A stretch of 63,889 bases of DNA, the filler included, from Conidiobolus incongruus B7586 (Eukaryota), in NCBI GenBank assembly GCA_000697335.1. It is 3 parts of 3 records of this genome, joined end to end, with 100 filler letters (N's around TTAATTAATTAA, not from the genome) between each part and the next. Parts side by side here need not be neighbours in the genome. Positions count along the whole stretch, not along the records: positions 1 to 23,558 come from JNEM01006094.1; positions 23,659 to 40,141 come from JNEM01006097.1; 1 more part is not named here. One strand, given 5' to 3'. Positions 13,730 through 29,846 of this stretch are shown here, in pieces. Under the pieces are notes generated by a model. That model did no database searches, was not told the origin of the DNA, and saw only the letters and a program-made list of their open reading frames with translations. How positions within the stretch are numbered: the first letter of the stretch is position 1; each line of letters begins with the position of its first letter. Position numbers and translations under genes: made by a program.

Positions 13730-14759
13730 ATATATTATGGTAAGATCAACTGAAAAGCATTACAATCATTTTAATTATCTTCATTCTCTCACAATGTTGC
13801 AACAAATAATGATTAATACTGATATTATAATTCTTTGGAAGTCTTCATGATATTTGGAATTAAAGAAATTACTTTGATATCTTTAACTATATTGTATTCG
13901 AAGTAAATTTTATATGAAAAAGCAAATTTTAGAAAAACATGAATTCTTTGAATAATCTGAAAAATTTATTTTTATTTCGTAATTTACCCAGATTACTAGA
14001 ATATCAAGATATGAATAGTAACTAAAAATATTTTATATCTTGAGCGAATTTTAAATCATAAGCATATTTCAAGACATGGTATTTCATTCTTGAAAATAAG
14101 AAGCTAGGGTTTTGATCAAATCATAATAGGTTTAGTCAAAATAAAATTTATCTTAATGCAAGATAACTATAAATTAATTCAGTGAACACAAATAAAATGA
14201 TTTTAACTAACATTCTATAATTTTTTTGAACTATGCAAATTTTTGATTGCTAAGATATTATATCAGTTTTAAAATGTATAATATTAAAAGATATTATAAT
14301 AAATTGGATGAATTTTAAATCTTTCCAAATTTAAATAGAGTTATAGAAATTATGGAATTATTATAATTAGAACAGAGTAATAGTTTGAAGAATTTCATTT
14401 TGAAATATATTATATGACTGAAATTTGATAGAATATTTTGATTTAAAATGATTACTGCGCATTGTAAAATTATCAGAGAATATTATGTAAATTATTATAT
14501 TGACATTGAAAAAAATGGAAAGATAATGGCATTTCAAAAGAGTTAATTAAAATGAAAATTAAAATATAAAAAATTGTAAACAGATAAATGTTATTTGAGA
14601 ATAGGATTAATAAAAAAAATAAAAAAATATATAATGGATAAAGGATAAAGATGAAATTTATATTGAGTAATATGGTTTAATCAAAACCTGTTATGAGAAA
14701 TAAAGATTGATTGCAAATGGAGTAAATAAATATTAATGTCTATTATTCTTACTAGCGAT

Positions 14760-14842
14760 GGCAATGTGGCCGAGTTGGTCTAAGGCGCCGCACTCAAGTT
14801 GCGGTCTCGTAAGAGGCATGAGTTCGAATCTCATCGTTGTCA
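14760..14842 (+). tRNA. tRNA-Leu (CAA), intronless
   Basis: Acceptor GGCAATG/CGTTGTC+A, D-arm TGGCCGAGTTGGTCTAAGGC, anticodon arm CCGCA-CTCAAGT-TGCGG, long variable arm, T-loop TTCGAAT, followed by a TTTTT Pol III terminator. Confidence 0.97.
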
Positions 14843-16003
14843 TTTTTAGATTTTATTTTCTGTTTTTACAATAATATATTTTCATTTTTTCAAACCTTTA
14901 TGTTATATTTTATATTTTTTCAAATTATATCATTTCACATAAAATTTATTATTTTAACTCTTGAATTTGTCAACAAAAATATAGCAATCAAATAAACTAT
15001 GAATTTCATTACAGTTTACAAAATGTAACATCATTAGCCAAGTTGAATACATAATCAAACAATAAACATGCCAAGTGACAATAATAACAACCAGGTGCTT
15101 TTACTATTCTTTTCTAATTATACAATACAAATTTAATCAGGTTTATCTAAATTGGTTCAAATTCTCACTATGGCATAATTTTATTGAGAACATTTACAGA
15201 TATACAATTTGTTTTATCATTAGAATATTAGATATTTTCTATAATTACTATATTTTAACATATTTAGACTAACAATCTTTGATTTCTGATACTTTGATAA
15301 ATCATTCAACACCAAATATATCTTTGATCATTTAAATATCCCTATCGTGACTGCGAGTAAATTTTTTAAAGACAAATTATCACTAAATTTAATTACACAA
15401 TATTGCAATAGTGGATTAACAAGCAAATAGGTGATTAATAGGGGGCGCAGATATGCAACAAAATCAGACTATTAGACTAATCCCCTTATTATTCACTCCA
15501 ATCAAATAAAATTATTAGACAAAATATCCAATCAGTGAATAACAATAATTACCATTTATGAATAATTTTTCCTCAATTCACCACCAAATTAATGAATTTC
15601 AACAATAGGTTGAGCCTGTCAAATCGAATCAATTTTTTAATATTCATATAATTGATTGATATTCAAGTCTTTTAAAATATATATAAATTAATCTTACTAC
15701 AAATAATAATATACTATTATTATATTGATATATTATTCTTATAATCCTATCAGATTTCTATTCTCAATGATATAAATTATATCATATTTAATTGAAATTA
15801 AAAAATAGCCAAATCCTACAATAATTATTAGTCATATGACTTAGAAAATGAGTTCATTTGAATTAAGCAAATTGGAGAGAAGAGTGAATTTATGCAATCA
15901 TATAAATAAGAAATTATGGCAAAGAATTCACAAATTTTCTTTTATATTTTCTTTTTTCACTCTCAACTTGTATTTTATATCTATATAAAACAGTTTAAAA
16001 ATT

Positions 16004-17278
16004 ATGTTATTCAACAAATTATTCGTCGTTAGTTCTTTAGTTTACTCTGCTTATGCTTCTACCAACCTCTTCCTTGACTTGACTAAAGAAGCTTATTCTT
16101 TGCTTCACATTCCTAAAAAAGAAGTCATCCCTGGTCATTACATTGTCATGTTGAAAGAAGATACCGATTTCAGCGCCTTTAACACTCATTTCAACCAACT
16201 TTACTCCTTAACCACTCGTTTCAATAGCTTGAACGGTGACGAAAACGAAATTACTCACGTTTATAACAACACCGCTTTTAAGGGTTATGCTGGTAAGTTT
16301 GAACATAACCTCCTTAAAGAAATCTTGGCTTTAGATGATGTCGAATTGGTTGAGCAAGATTCTGTAGTTCATATTAACAATGTTGTTACTCAAAAAGGAG
16401 CTCCTTGGGGTTTAGCTCGTATTTCTCATGAAAATCAATTAAGCTTCCGCACCTTCAATAAGTATATTTATAATGATCAGGGTGGTGAAGGTGTGACCGC
16501 CTATGTCGTTGATACTGGTGTCAATATCGATCATGTTGATTTTGAAGGTCGTGCTCGCTGGGGCAAAACTATACCTCAAGGAGATAAAGATGAAGATGGC
16601 AATGGACACGGTACTCACGTTGCTGGTACCATTGCTGGTAAGCGCTATGGTGTTGCTAAGAAGGCTAATATTGTCGCCGTCAAAGTTTTACGCTCCAATG
16701 GATCTGGTTCCACTTCTGATGTTATTGGTGGCATCAACTGGACTGTTGAAGATCACCGCGAACAAGTATTGAAGGCACAAGCTAGCGGAAAAGCCTACAA
16801 AGGAAGTGTTGCCAATATGAGCTTAGGAGGTGGTTATTCTAGACAATTGAATCGTGCTGTTGATGCTGCCGTTCGTGCTGGTATTGCTTATGCCGTTGCT
16901 GCTGGTAATGATAATCAAGATGCTTGTGATTACTCTCCCGCTTCTGCTTCTGAACCTCTCACTGTTGGTGCCTCCACCATCTCTGATGAAAGAGCCTGGT
17001 TCTCTAACCATGGTCGCTGTGTTGATGTATTTGGTCCTGGTAAGGATATTACTTCCACTTGGATTGGAAGCAAATATGCTACCAATACTATTTCTGGTAC
17101 GTCTATGGCCAGTCCTCACGTCTGTGGTTTACTTGCTTACTATGCTTCCCTCTCTGACAAGCCTCTCTCACCTACTGAGCTTAAGCAAAAAGTTTTAGAT
17201 AATGCTTCAGAGGGCAAGCTTAGTGATCTTCCTGGATTAACTCCCAATTTATTAATCTACAACCACGAAGCCAAATAA
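16004..17278 (+). CDS. Subtilisin-like S8 serine protease (proteinase K family, vacuolar proteinase B/cerevisin-like) with signal peptide and I9 prodomain
   Basis: Catalytic motifs VDTG, HGTHVAG and GTSMASPH. APWGLARISH..LSF.TFNKY.Y and KGSVANMSLGGG are typical of the Prb1 type. Intronless. Confidence 0.95.
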   Translation: MLFNKLFVVSSLVYSAYASTNLFLDLTKEAYSLLHIPKKEVIPGHYIVMLKEDTDFSAFNTHFNQLYSLTTRFNSLNGDENEITHVYNNTAFKGYAGKFEHNLLKEILALDDVELVEQDSVVHINNVVTQKGAPWGLARISHENQLSFRTFNKYIYNDQGGEGVTAYVVDTGVNIDHVDFEGRARWGKTIPQGDKDEDGNGHGTHVAGTIAGKRYGVAKKANIVAVKVLRSNGSGSTSDVIGGINWTVEDHREQVLKAQASGKAYKGSVANMSLGGGYSRQLNRAVDAAVRAGIAYAVAAGNDNQDACDYSPASASEPLTVGASTISDERAWFSNHGRCVDVFGPGKDITSTWIGSKYATNTISGTSMASPHVCGLLAYYASLSDKPLSPTELKQKVLDNASEGKLSDLPGLTPNLLIYNHEAK

Positions 17279-18722
17279 TTTAATTATTCAATTTTTATTT
17301 TATCCTGTGAATTAAAACTTTATTTGAAATTAATTTTTTTATTTTTTGATTTCTATTTTTTTAGTATTTACATTTAAATTATTATAAACGATCTAACCAA
17401 GTCTTATAATGAGGGTAAATTTATCAAAAATATATTATGAAATAATAAAAGATTATCAATTTTCTATATCATAGAATATTATTTCAAAATTGATATGTTT
17501 TATTTTTATAATTTCTAGAATATATATACCAAAATATACCATCTGAACTAAAGACTTTATTATAACTATATACATTCATTGAAATTTAAATTTCAAAGTT
17601 CTAGGAAAATATTTAAAACAACCACATCAAATTATATACTTGCTATATATCTTGAGAATATTCTTGATTGAAAATAAATTTTATTCATATTGATATTAAC
17701 TTTGTTTAGTTTAAACTCTAGTTCGAAGCAATAAAACCTAATTTATTTTAATCTTGTATTATAACAAATATGGTAAATATCTTGTCCAATTTTGAATTAA
17801 AATCATTAATATTTTGACCAGATTTTGAACATTTGCTTGTAATTAAATCGAATAGATTGATTTCATTTAATAATAATTATTCTGTTGGCTCTGTAAATTA
17901 CTCAAGGAAATTATTATTATTAAATAAACCAATTAATTTTGTGTGACTTGATATATTTGTAAAAATTTTAGGCCAGAGATTTTGATTTTAAGTTGCAAGC
18001 CCAAGTTATTAACCAAAGTTTTTAATAACTTTAGTATTTGATAAATGTAAAATTAATGTAGGATAAAAGATATTTGCGATTAGTTGATAAATATGAATTA
18101 GAATATAATACAAATATAATATAGTGTCCATTCAGTGATGATTATGAGCATATTTAAACATAATTCAAATTTATCATTTTAAACGAAATAATATTTAATG
18201 AGCTAATAGTTTTTCATCAAATTCTGTAATCGTATTCATATTATCGCTATATATATCTCATTCAGAGAATTTTAAATTTAGAATGCATCATAAATATCTA
18301 ATAATTAAAATGTGCTATGTTTAATTTTGCTAGACAATATGACTATAGAATATTTAAATTTCACTCTACAATACTTATACTATTTTACAAAGAATTGATG
18401 CATTGATTTGAAATTGCAATTGGATGACTGGATGATGACGTGGATAAGGGAAGAAAGTCAAGATTGTACCAAAAAGGAAATCCAACAAGAACTAAAAGTT
18501 AATTGTAAGAAAAATAAGAGAAACAATAGATCAAACATAATGAATTAATAATCAACTAAGGTAATATTCAAGTAACAACAAACTTGGAAGAATATTATTT
18601 GTTCTCAAACTTTCTACAATAATCCTGCGAAATTTTTAAAAGTTTTTGGTATATAAATCCCCTTAGAATCAAATAACTATAAAACTTTTAAATAAAAAAG
18701 ATATTAAATTAATATTTTTGAA

Positions 18723-21335
<2,613 letters not shown>

Positions 21336-22766
21336 TGAAACAATTACTTCATGTCATATTTTGTATAACGATATTTTAGTCAATCTTCATTCCAATATAT
21401 TACTCTTTCAAAGTTAGTTTCTATTTTTTTAATTTTTTATTCTACATTAAAATGCATGCATTATTTCAATTGTAGATCTTTTTCACTATTTCAATTAGAA
21501 GTGATAATTTAAATGTTTATCCAATTCTACATGAGTTTCATAATGTTAGAAAAGTACTCGTAATATGATTTAGTAAACTATCTATTATCAGTCCTGCTCT
21601 TTAACGTATCGGGACTGTATGTATTAAAACTTACTTTTGAGACGTCGTAGCAGAATAGCCAGAAAAAACTCCCCTCTTATCTTTATCACTTTTGGGGTTT
21701 AAATAGTTGATTCAGTGAAAGATATATCTAACAAAGGGAACGAAGAGAACAAAGAATATCCTTTAATTATAGATTAACAAAGACAACTCAAAATAGAAAT
21801 TATATTAGTTTAACTATCAAATTCAGAAGGGTAGTTAATTTTGAAATACAACAGTAATTAACCTGATGTTTGATTTTATTCATATGAATGTAAATTTTGA
21901 AATAGTTAACAATATAATATGATACCAAATCATATATTACCATTTTTTATGGTAATTAAATTGTAAATATATTTGATTGCAGTTTTTCTCTATAAATTTA
22001 GATATGATATTTGATTTTATCAATTTTGCCTTTCACAATTTTTTTTCAAAAGGTGATTAACAAATTAAGGTGAAAAATATATTAAATCAAATCTATTTAC
22101 TTTTTTAATTACCTTATAATAATATGATCCAGTAATTAACAAAATAAAGTTTTGATAGTTTATTTACAACAAAATCATAAACAATTCTGTAAACTAAATT
22201 AAAGAATTATTTTTAACCTTTTATAAATAATGTTATATTGAAAAATTAACACTTTATATTAATTTTTTTACCTCAAAACAATTGATTTAAATATTAAAAG
22301 CTTTTCTTTGGAAATAGTATAATTTGGCAATTTAAATATCTTTATTATACACAATATTTTAATATTATACATATGCTATATATCAAATATTAATAATCAA
22401 TTTATATTGCTATTCAAAAAATTAAATCAATAATTTGAAATTCAATATATTGTGTATTAAGAAATATAACATATTTGAAAAAAATAAAATACTATGTTTT
22501 TCTATTTATTATTTTAATTATTTAATTGTAATCGTTTTAAGTTATAATTAATAATCAAATTAATATATTTATTATTAATTATTATCAATTAATAATAACA
22601 AATATTTTAAAGATATATATATATATATTAATTTATATAGAATTTTATATAATGCTAAAACAAAAGTATTTATATAAATTATAATATTTTTAATGAAATT
22701 TAAACTTAATATAAAAATATATTAGAGGTTTATTACAGAAATCATAATAAGTGAAACTTAATAATA

Positions 22767-23558
22767 TTACTTTAAAATTGAAAAAATGGGAAATTTTTTC
22801 ATTTCTGATTTTTCAAAAATATAATTTATTTTAAAAAAAATAAAAAAGAATTAATAAGAAAATAAATAATTTTAAATTATATATATAATCTTTTAATAAA
22901 GATTTAACCTTTAAAAACACATTGTTTAATTTAATTATATTTAAATAATCATCAATATAAGTCTTTTATTTTAATATTAGTAAAATTTAATTATAAGCTT
23001 TTTAAATCATTTAATATTTACAAACAATTTTTAAAAACGATGTATTATCTAAATTGATTATATATTATTAGGTAAATTACTTTAAAACTAAAACAAAAAT
23101 TATTTAAAACTTATTAAATTTTAAAAAGCTAATTTTAACTATTATTCTCTTGAGTATCAATTGATTTAAAAATATACTAACAAGTATTTTTTTATTTTAG
23201 TTAAAAAATTATTATATCTCTTAGATAATAATTTTTTAAGTATATTATAAGTATAAAGTTTAAATTTAAACTAATTATTGAAAATATAAAATAAATACTC
23301 AATAATCTAAATAAAGCTTAAAAAGAGTTATAGCTATAATTAAATATATTTATTGAAATAAAACTAAAAATTAAAATTTTTATAATAAATTAATATCATT
23401 ATTATATTAGTTTTTATATAGTTCTTTATTAAAATATAAATTAAAATATTAAAATTATCGTTTTAATCAATTAAATAAATAAATATTTCATTTATATATA
23501 AATCTTAATTATTTTAATAAATATAATGATATATATTATATTTATTTAATTTTTAATA
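22767..23558 (+). mobile_element. Degenerate mariner copy C (5' part), truncated by the assembly gap
   Basis: Reverse-complement similarity to copy A (AATTTTAACTATTATTCTCTTGAGTATCAA ~23131 vs TTGATACTCAAGAGGATAATAGTTAAAATT ~7891). Starts TA|TTACTTTAAAATTGAAAAAATGGGAAATTTT, like the TIR of copy A. Confidence 0.8.
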
Positions 23559-23658
23559 NNNNNNNNNNNNNNNNNNNNNNNNNNNNNNNNNNNNNNNNNN
23601 NNTTAATTAATTAANNNNNNNNNNNNNNNNNNNNNNNNNNNNNNNNNNNNNNNNNNNN
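23559..23658. other. Assembly gap with artificial TTAATTAATTAA linker
   Basis: 44 N + 12-bp all-frame-stop linker + 44 N; identical to the second gap. Confidence 0.97.
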
Positions 23659-23674
23659 TCCACCAAATTTAGAA

Positions 23675-24161
23675 ATGGCCAACTTATCACTTGAACCTCA
23701 TTTGAATCAGTTTGATTCCGTACCTCAACACCAAGGCTTTTTATTTAAAAAATGTGAAAGTTATAAGGTAAATATTTTATATTTATATTATGAATATCAA
23801 GTTATTAAATTCTTATTTTGTAGTCTTGGAGAACTAGATGGTTTGTATTAAGAGATGGAAAATTATGCTATTATAAAGATGATAAAGTAATTATTTATTA
23901 TATATATTATTTTAAAAATTTATTAAATGCGAATATAATTACTTTTAGGAGTACGAAATTCACGGAATGATACCGTTACAATCTATTTCTAAAGTAACCA
24001 AAGCTATTTCAACTGACAAGTCAAAGAGGTATTGCTTTAAAATTATTTCGCCTAAGAGGAACTTTAAACTATGTGCTAATTCTCAAGCCGATATGGAAAA
24101 ATGGATTGAAGTCATCAATAACAATAAGGCTAATACGGATGGAAGGCCTATTAGCACCTGA
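23675..24161 (+). CDS. PH-domain protein (Opy1-like), 3 exons visible; may extend 5' into the gap
   Basis: HQGFLFKK...|SWRTRWFVLRDGKLCYYKDDK|EYEIHGMIPL...CFKIISPKRNFKLCANSQADMEKWIEVI. GT-AG introns at 23768-23823 and 23887-23948. Confidence 0.85.
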
Positions 24162-26304
24162 TTGATTCATTTTTAGCTTATTACTATTATTACTCTTTTG
24201 GTTTAATGTGGTTTGTTGGTTATAAATAGTTTTCCAATATCATTTATAGGGTTATGGATATAATCAAGATTATCGAATCAATCTATAAGTCAAGGTTGCT
24301 GTGTTGCTATAGGTTCGTTTCAAATTATGAGGCAAATATACTCAAAATCAAATTTATTTTAATTTTACATGTAATGTATTTAAATTTACTTAGCGTAATT
24401 ATAATATCAATAATATTATATACTATTTTAATGTTGTTTGCTAAAATAAAATTTTATTTTAATACTTAGTATTATTTAAATAACAAATACCTTTGAATAT
24501 TTAGCTATTGATTTATATATCCATATAAATTTATATTTTAAAAATTCAACAATATCCCTTTATTTAAAATTTCAATTAAAACATATATTTCAAAAAAATT
24601 AGTACTTAAATATTATCTATTTTACAATGTCAAAATATTATTTATTAATGCTCTAGATATATTTTAAATACATATTTATTATTATATTTAACTTAATTGA
24701 TAGTGTCTTAAATTATCAAATACCAATTTAACATTAAATAAAATTAGTAAAAATATTATTTTTAATTAGACCATTTAAAAAAATTTCTTATAATAAATAA
24801 TTCGAATTTAGATCCTATTTAACATTCTTTTACATTATTATTTTATATTAAGCCACTGTAAATTTATATATTACTTTAGATAAATTTAGTATTTTTAAAA
24901 TTGTAATATTCTATGTAATAAGAGATATATCAACTAAATGATATTTTTTTAAGATTTTAAAGTATTAATTATTTAGCTTGATTTTGTGAATCATTAAATA
25001 TATATTATAGACTTTCTATCTTGGTATATAATCAAATAATTGATTTAGTTAATGCACTATTAATATTTGAATATGTCATAAATAATTTAGACTATACTTA
25101 GTTTTTATAGTTGTAATTAGTAATATTTAATAAATAGAACACTTTAGAATTTATTGTATATTCTTTTTGAATTTTCCTTTTACTTGATTTGAATATAAAT
25201 ATCCAAAACTAGAAATTTCAAATAGAATAAATATGAATTTTTGAGGTGATTATGAATTTCATAATGATGAAAAATTATTAATAATATATTTTAAATACAA
25301 TCATTTTGATACTTATTTTCTATTAAATCCTACTATCACTATTTTTAATTTTTTAATTTATATTATGATACTATTTTAAATCTACAAATTGTTTGATAAT
25401 GTTCAAAATAAAATTAATTGGAAAAATTATTTGATTGAACTTTTTGAATTGCTTCAAATACACAAAAGTCGGATTCGGAAGTTTGGCTAATGAAGTATGC
25501 GTAAGATTGGTTTATTAAATATTCGAATTCAAAACCAATTATATAATTCAAAAAGTTATTTATAGCAATTCAAGTTACCTGAATTTGGAAAATATACTTT
25601 ATTCACTTAGTTCATAGCTAACTATATCGATTGATAATATATTAATTATAATGAAATAGATCTTAAACAAAATTAATTTATTAAGTCGACATGTTTTATA
25701 ATTCTAGCCAAGCCTTTGAATCGGATTTGTGATTAAATCTATATATGTATTAATATTATAATATTTTTCAATAATGTAATAATTATATCTAAATATTTTG
25801 ATGATATTATTGTATATATATATATATTTATATTTATATTAATAATAAAATTTAAATTTGAAGTTTATTTGGTTATTAATTTATAGATGCAAAAAGAGAT
25901 AACAAAACTTGTTTTAAAAATTATAACATTTAATATTTTTGTGAGAGTCGATTGATAGTATCAGATAAGTTAATCAATTGTATTCCTTAATGACGATTGC
26001 TACCATTTTAGGGTTATATGGTTTTAGGTGATTTAATAGTGATGAATGACTTAGCGCATATTACATCTTGGATATATTGGGTATTCATTAACAACTCAGA
26101 TTACCAGAATGTCATGTCAATGATTTAAGATTCTGATTGGATAAATATGATGAAATATTGATTGTCAAAATGTTGTTTTTGACTTTTTCAATACTCTTCG
26201 TAATAATTTACTTTTATAGAATCTTGAATTTTCCAGTATATAAGGATTAATTGTCATATAACTGTTTGATTGATTAAATATCATAACTAAATCATATAGT
26301 CATT

Positions 26305-27156
26305 ATGTCCAACCAAACCAACTTATTACAACCTGGAGCTGTTTCTTTCGCTCCCATTCGTGAAGCTGAAGTCTCTCGCGAGATGACCACTCGCTACATG
26401 AACGATTTGTTGGAGTTGGCTGAATGTGACGTAGTCATTGTTGGTGCCGGTCCCTCCGGTTTAACATGTGCCTACGAACTCAGCAAACAACCCAACCTTA
26501 AGGTTGCCATCATTGAAGCCTCTGTCGCCCCTGGTGGTGGTGGTTGGGTTGGCGGTCAACTTTTTTCCGCCATGGTTGTCCGTAAACCTGCTCACCACCT
26601 CTTAGATGAACTCGAAATCCCCTACGATGAAAAGGAAAACTATGTCGTCGTCAAGCACGCTGCTCTCTTCACTTCTACCATTATCTCCAAAGTCATCAAG
26701 AACGGTGTCAAATTATACAATGCTACCTCCGTCGAAGATTTTATCATCCGTGATGGTACCGTTGGTGGTGTCGTCACAAATTGGGCTTTAGTTACCAAGG
26801 CTCATGGTACTCAATCCTGTATGGATCCCCAAGTCATTGAAGCTAAGGTTACTGTCTCCTCCTGCGGACATGATGGTCCTTTCGGAGCTACTGGTGTTCG
26901 CAGACTCGCTGAGCTTGGCCTCATCGACTCTCTTCCCGGTATGCGTGCCTTAGATATGAATGCTTCTGAAAACGCCATCGTTGAACACACTCGTGAAATT
27001 GTCCCTGGTATGATCATTACTGGTATGGAAGTTGCTGAAGCCACTGGAACTGCCAGAATGGGCCCTACTTTCGGTGCCATGATGATCTCTGGCCAAAAAG
27101 CTGCTCAACTTGCTCTCCAAAAACTCGGTCTTACTGCTCCTAAGGCCGGCCACTAA
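26305..27156 (+). CDS. THI4: Thiamine thiazole synthase (Cys-type, suicide enzyme)
   Basis: [42 protein letters not shown] active-site Cys, [17 protein letters not shown]. Intronless, with strong codon bias. Confidence 0.97.
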   Translation: MSNQTNLLQPGAVSFAPIREAEVSREMTTRYMNDLLELAECDVVIVGAGPSGLTCAYELSKQPNLKVAIIEASVAPGGGGWVGGQLFSAMVVRKPAHHLLDELEIPYDEKENYVVVKHAALFTSTIISKVIKNGVKLYNATSVEDFIIRDGTVGGVVTNWALVTKAHGTQSCMDPQVIEAKVTVSSCGHDGPFGATGVRRLAELGLIDSLPGMRALDMNASENAIVEHTREIVPGMIITGMEVAEATGTARMGPTFGAMMISGQKAAQLALQKLGLTAPKAGH

Positions 27157-29846
27157 TTTTTATATCAACTCACCAAAAATAAATATGCATTTTTCTCCTG
27201 GTATGACATTTAATTTTAATTTCAATAATCTTGGATATTTTTCTTTATTTGATCATGATTAGAATTATTATTATAACCATCCCGATGTATATAATATTTT
27301 TGATCAAATTTTCGATTTCCTGTAGAATCTATTAAATGTGGATAACCAACTCCCGAGTCCTACTAACCATTAAACTGGAAACAATTTTCCTTTATATAGC
27401 TAAAATCAATATCATGTGGATATTCGGCTAAATTTACAAACCTTAATGACTAAAAGTTATCAAATTTTAATCAGTCGTAAGTGAAATTTTTCATAAAAAC
27501 TAAAAATTTTAAATATGTATTTCATCCATTCCAATACTAGATAAATTGATAATTATAAATATCTTCATCAGCAATTCATATTATTGGCATATTTTAAACC
27601 ATGATCCATCCCGGATAATCCTTCAAAAAAGTTTTTGGTTGTATAAATTGAATCTCAATTATATTCTTCAAAAAAATAGCCTATAAAATATAATATATAA
27701 ATAACATATTGTAATTTAAAAAGTAACATTATTAATGTCGTAGAACTAAATATAAACATTAAACTTATATTATGCATTAAATATAATTTATCATGTTAAG
27801 ATACACCATTGTATATAATAAAATCTATTATATTGACCATTTGATAAAGATTTCTTTTCTTATTAGGTCATTAATAATAATAATGATTTACATAATTTTA
27901 TGGATCATAGGAAATATATTAGAAATATTAATATATGTGATTCATAACATATCATTATTTATTTTATTATAAATAATATGAATGCGCTTTATTCCAACAA
28001 ATCAAACCATAAGGATACTAAATACATGGTATCTTTATGATTGAAGCAAAATAGCATTAACATTTTTATTATATTAAAACAAATCAGAGAACACAATAAT
28101 ATAACAAAATAATTATGGTATTCTTACCATATTGTTACTTATTATATCAAAGTATAATTGATAAAATTAATTAGAATCAATCACAGGAATCATATTACCG
28201 GATTCTGTTGAAATGATGAGATATTTAGGGTATTTTTAGGAATTATTAATATTTTCAAGTTGAATTTGATAAATGTTTTTAGTCAATATGTTTTAAATGA
28301 CATACAGTTAATATATAAATCAATATAAAGAATTATTCTTAATAATCTATCATATTAAAAATAATTAATTAATTATAAAAACTAAAGTTGATTATGAAAT
28401 ACTCAAAATACATAGTAATATATTTGAAAACAATATAAAGCATCATATTAATAGAAAGTTTCTATAGATTGATGTCGTATTCATTTTATCCACTCTCGAA
28501 AATAATCGAACTTAAATCAAAGTTTTCTCATTTCTATCTATTTATATATTCATTACACCGATATTTACCGATATTAACATCTATTCTCGTATTATTATTT
28601 TATCATTTCATTGATCTCAAATTATTTTTTAGTTATATATTTTTGAATATTTGATTTCCTTAATAATATATCTGATCTTGGTATTTTATATTCAATTAAT
28701 ATATAAAAACTTTATTTTAAGCTTTCTAATAATATATATCAAAGTGATTATAGCATCATATTTAAAATTATTTAAACAAATATAATTTGATGTATACTAA
28801 GTAAATTTAAAACATTTTTCAAACTAAATTTAACGACATGCTCATCTGCAGTTAGAATATTGGTTGATTTATATTTAAACCCTGTCAACCTTAGGTTTGA
28901 AAGTAGTATCAAATTATACTGAAAAATTTTTAGAAAAATCAATTTAATATTTGGTTATATTCAGTTTATGGAATTATACTTTGTAATTTTGTCATGTGAC
29001 ATGGTTTTCACAAGAATATGATAAATATTATGCAATAAATATTTTTTAAGATGAAGAATCATTATTTATCAAGTTTAATTGGTTAAAATGGTATTGACTA
29101 TCATTATATTTCAAACTTGAAAGTTTTGTTTTTGAATGGTTGTACCATTAATATAATGAATTACCGTTTCTTATGATTAAAGCTGTATTATAAAACCTAT
29201 TTTTTCTGTGAATTATATTAGTTTCTTTCAGGTAAATAAAATATTCCTAAAATTTGGTTTAATGTATTCAAATAAATTATTAATTTATCAAATATTTAAT
29301 GTGGTTAATTTCATAATTTGGTTGTTTGCTAAAAATGAGCATCAAGTATAATTATCAATAGTGTAAAGATTTGTTTATATCATAATAAATTTTTTGATTG
29401 TCTTAGTATGATATAAAGATATTTTTAAATAAAAACTTAATATAAATAATATTAGTATTTATCTATTTTTTTATAAAAATACATTATTCAACTTTCTGTA
29501 TCACAAATACTATTTTAAGTATATAAATATGCAATTCATATCTATTAATTTGCAAAATCATTAACTATGATTCATATCCATACTACTAATTTTCAATTTT
29601 GTCCATTTTTTAATACACAAAATTTTTGTTAAATATCAAACTAAAAATCAAGACTTAAAAATAATATAACTAAATCAATTGTTAAGTTGTTTAATTTAAT
29701 AATTTTATATTCATCAAAATAAGTCCATAAATATATTTTTAATATAAAAATAACGCCTGTTAATATATAACATATATATATATATATATATCAATATATG
29801 ATTTTATTTTATTATCAACTTGAATAATATTAGATAAATATATAAA

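Noticed and set aside
21588..21620. Hairpin CAGTCCTG...CGGGACTG downstream of CDC48-B as a possible ncRNA
   Set aside because: A single short stem with no supporting box motifs or second hairpin that I could verify.
23559..23658. Palindromic TTAATTAATTAA inside N runs (also 40142-40241)
   Set aside because: Identical artificial contig-joining linker, not biological.
25400..27700. TPP riboswitch near THI4, expected from many fungal THI4 genes
   Set aside because: No CTGAGA core or CTTGATC..GATAAT.CCAGCG-type motif was found by eye on either side. CTGATTGGATAAAT at ~26133 is better explained as a CCAAT box. An Infernal search with the Rfam TPP model would be decisive.
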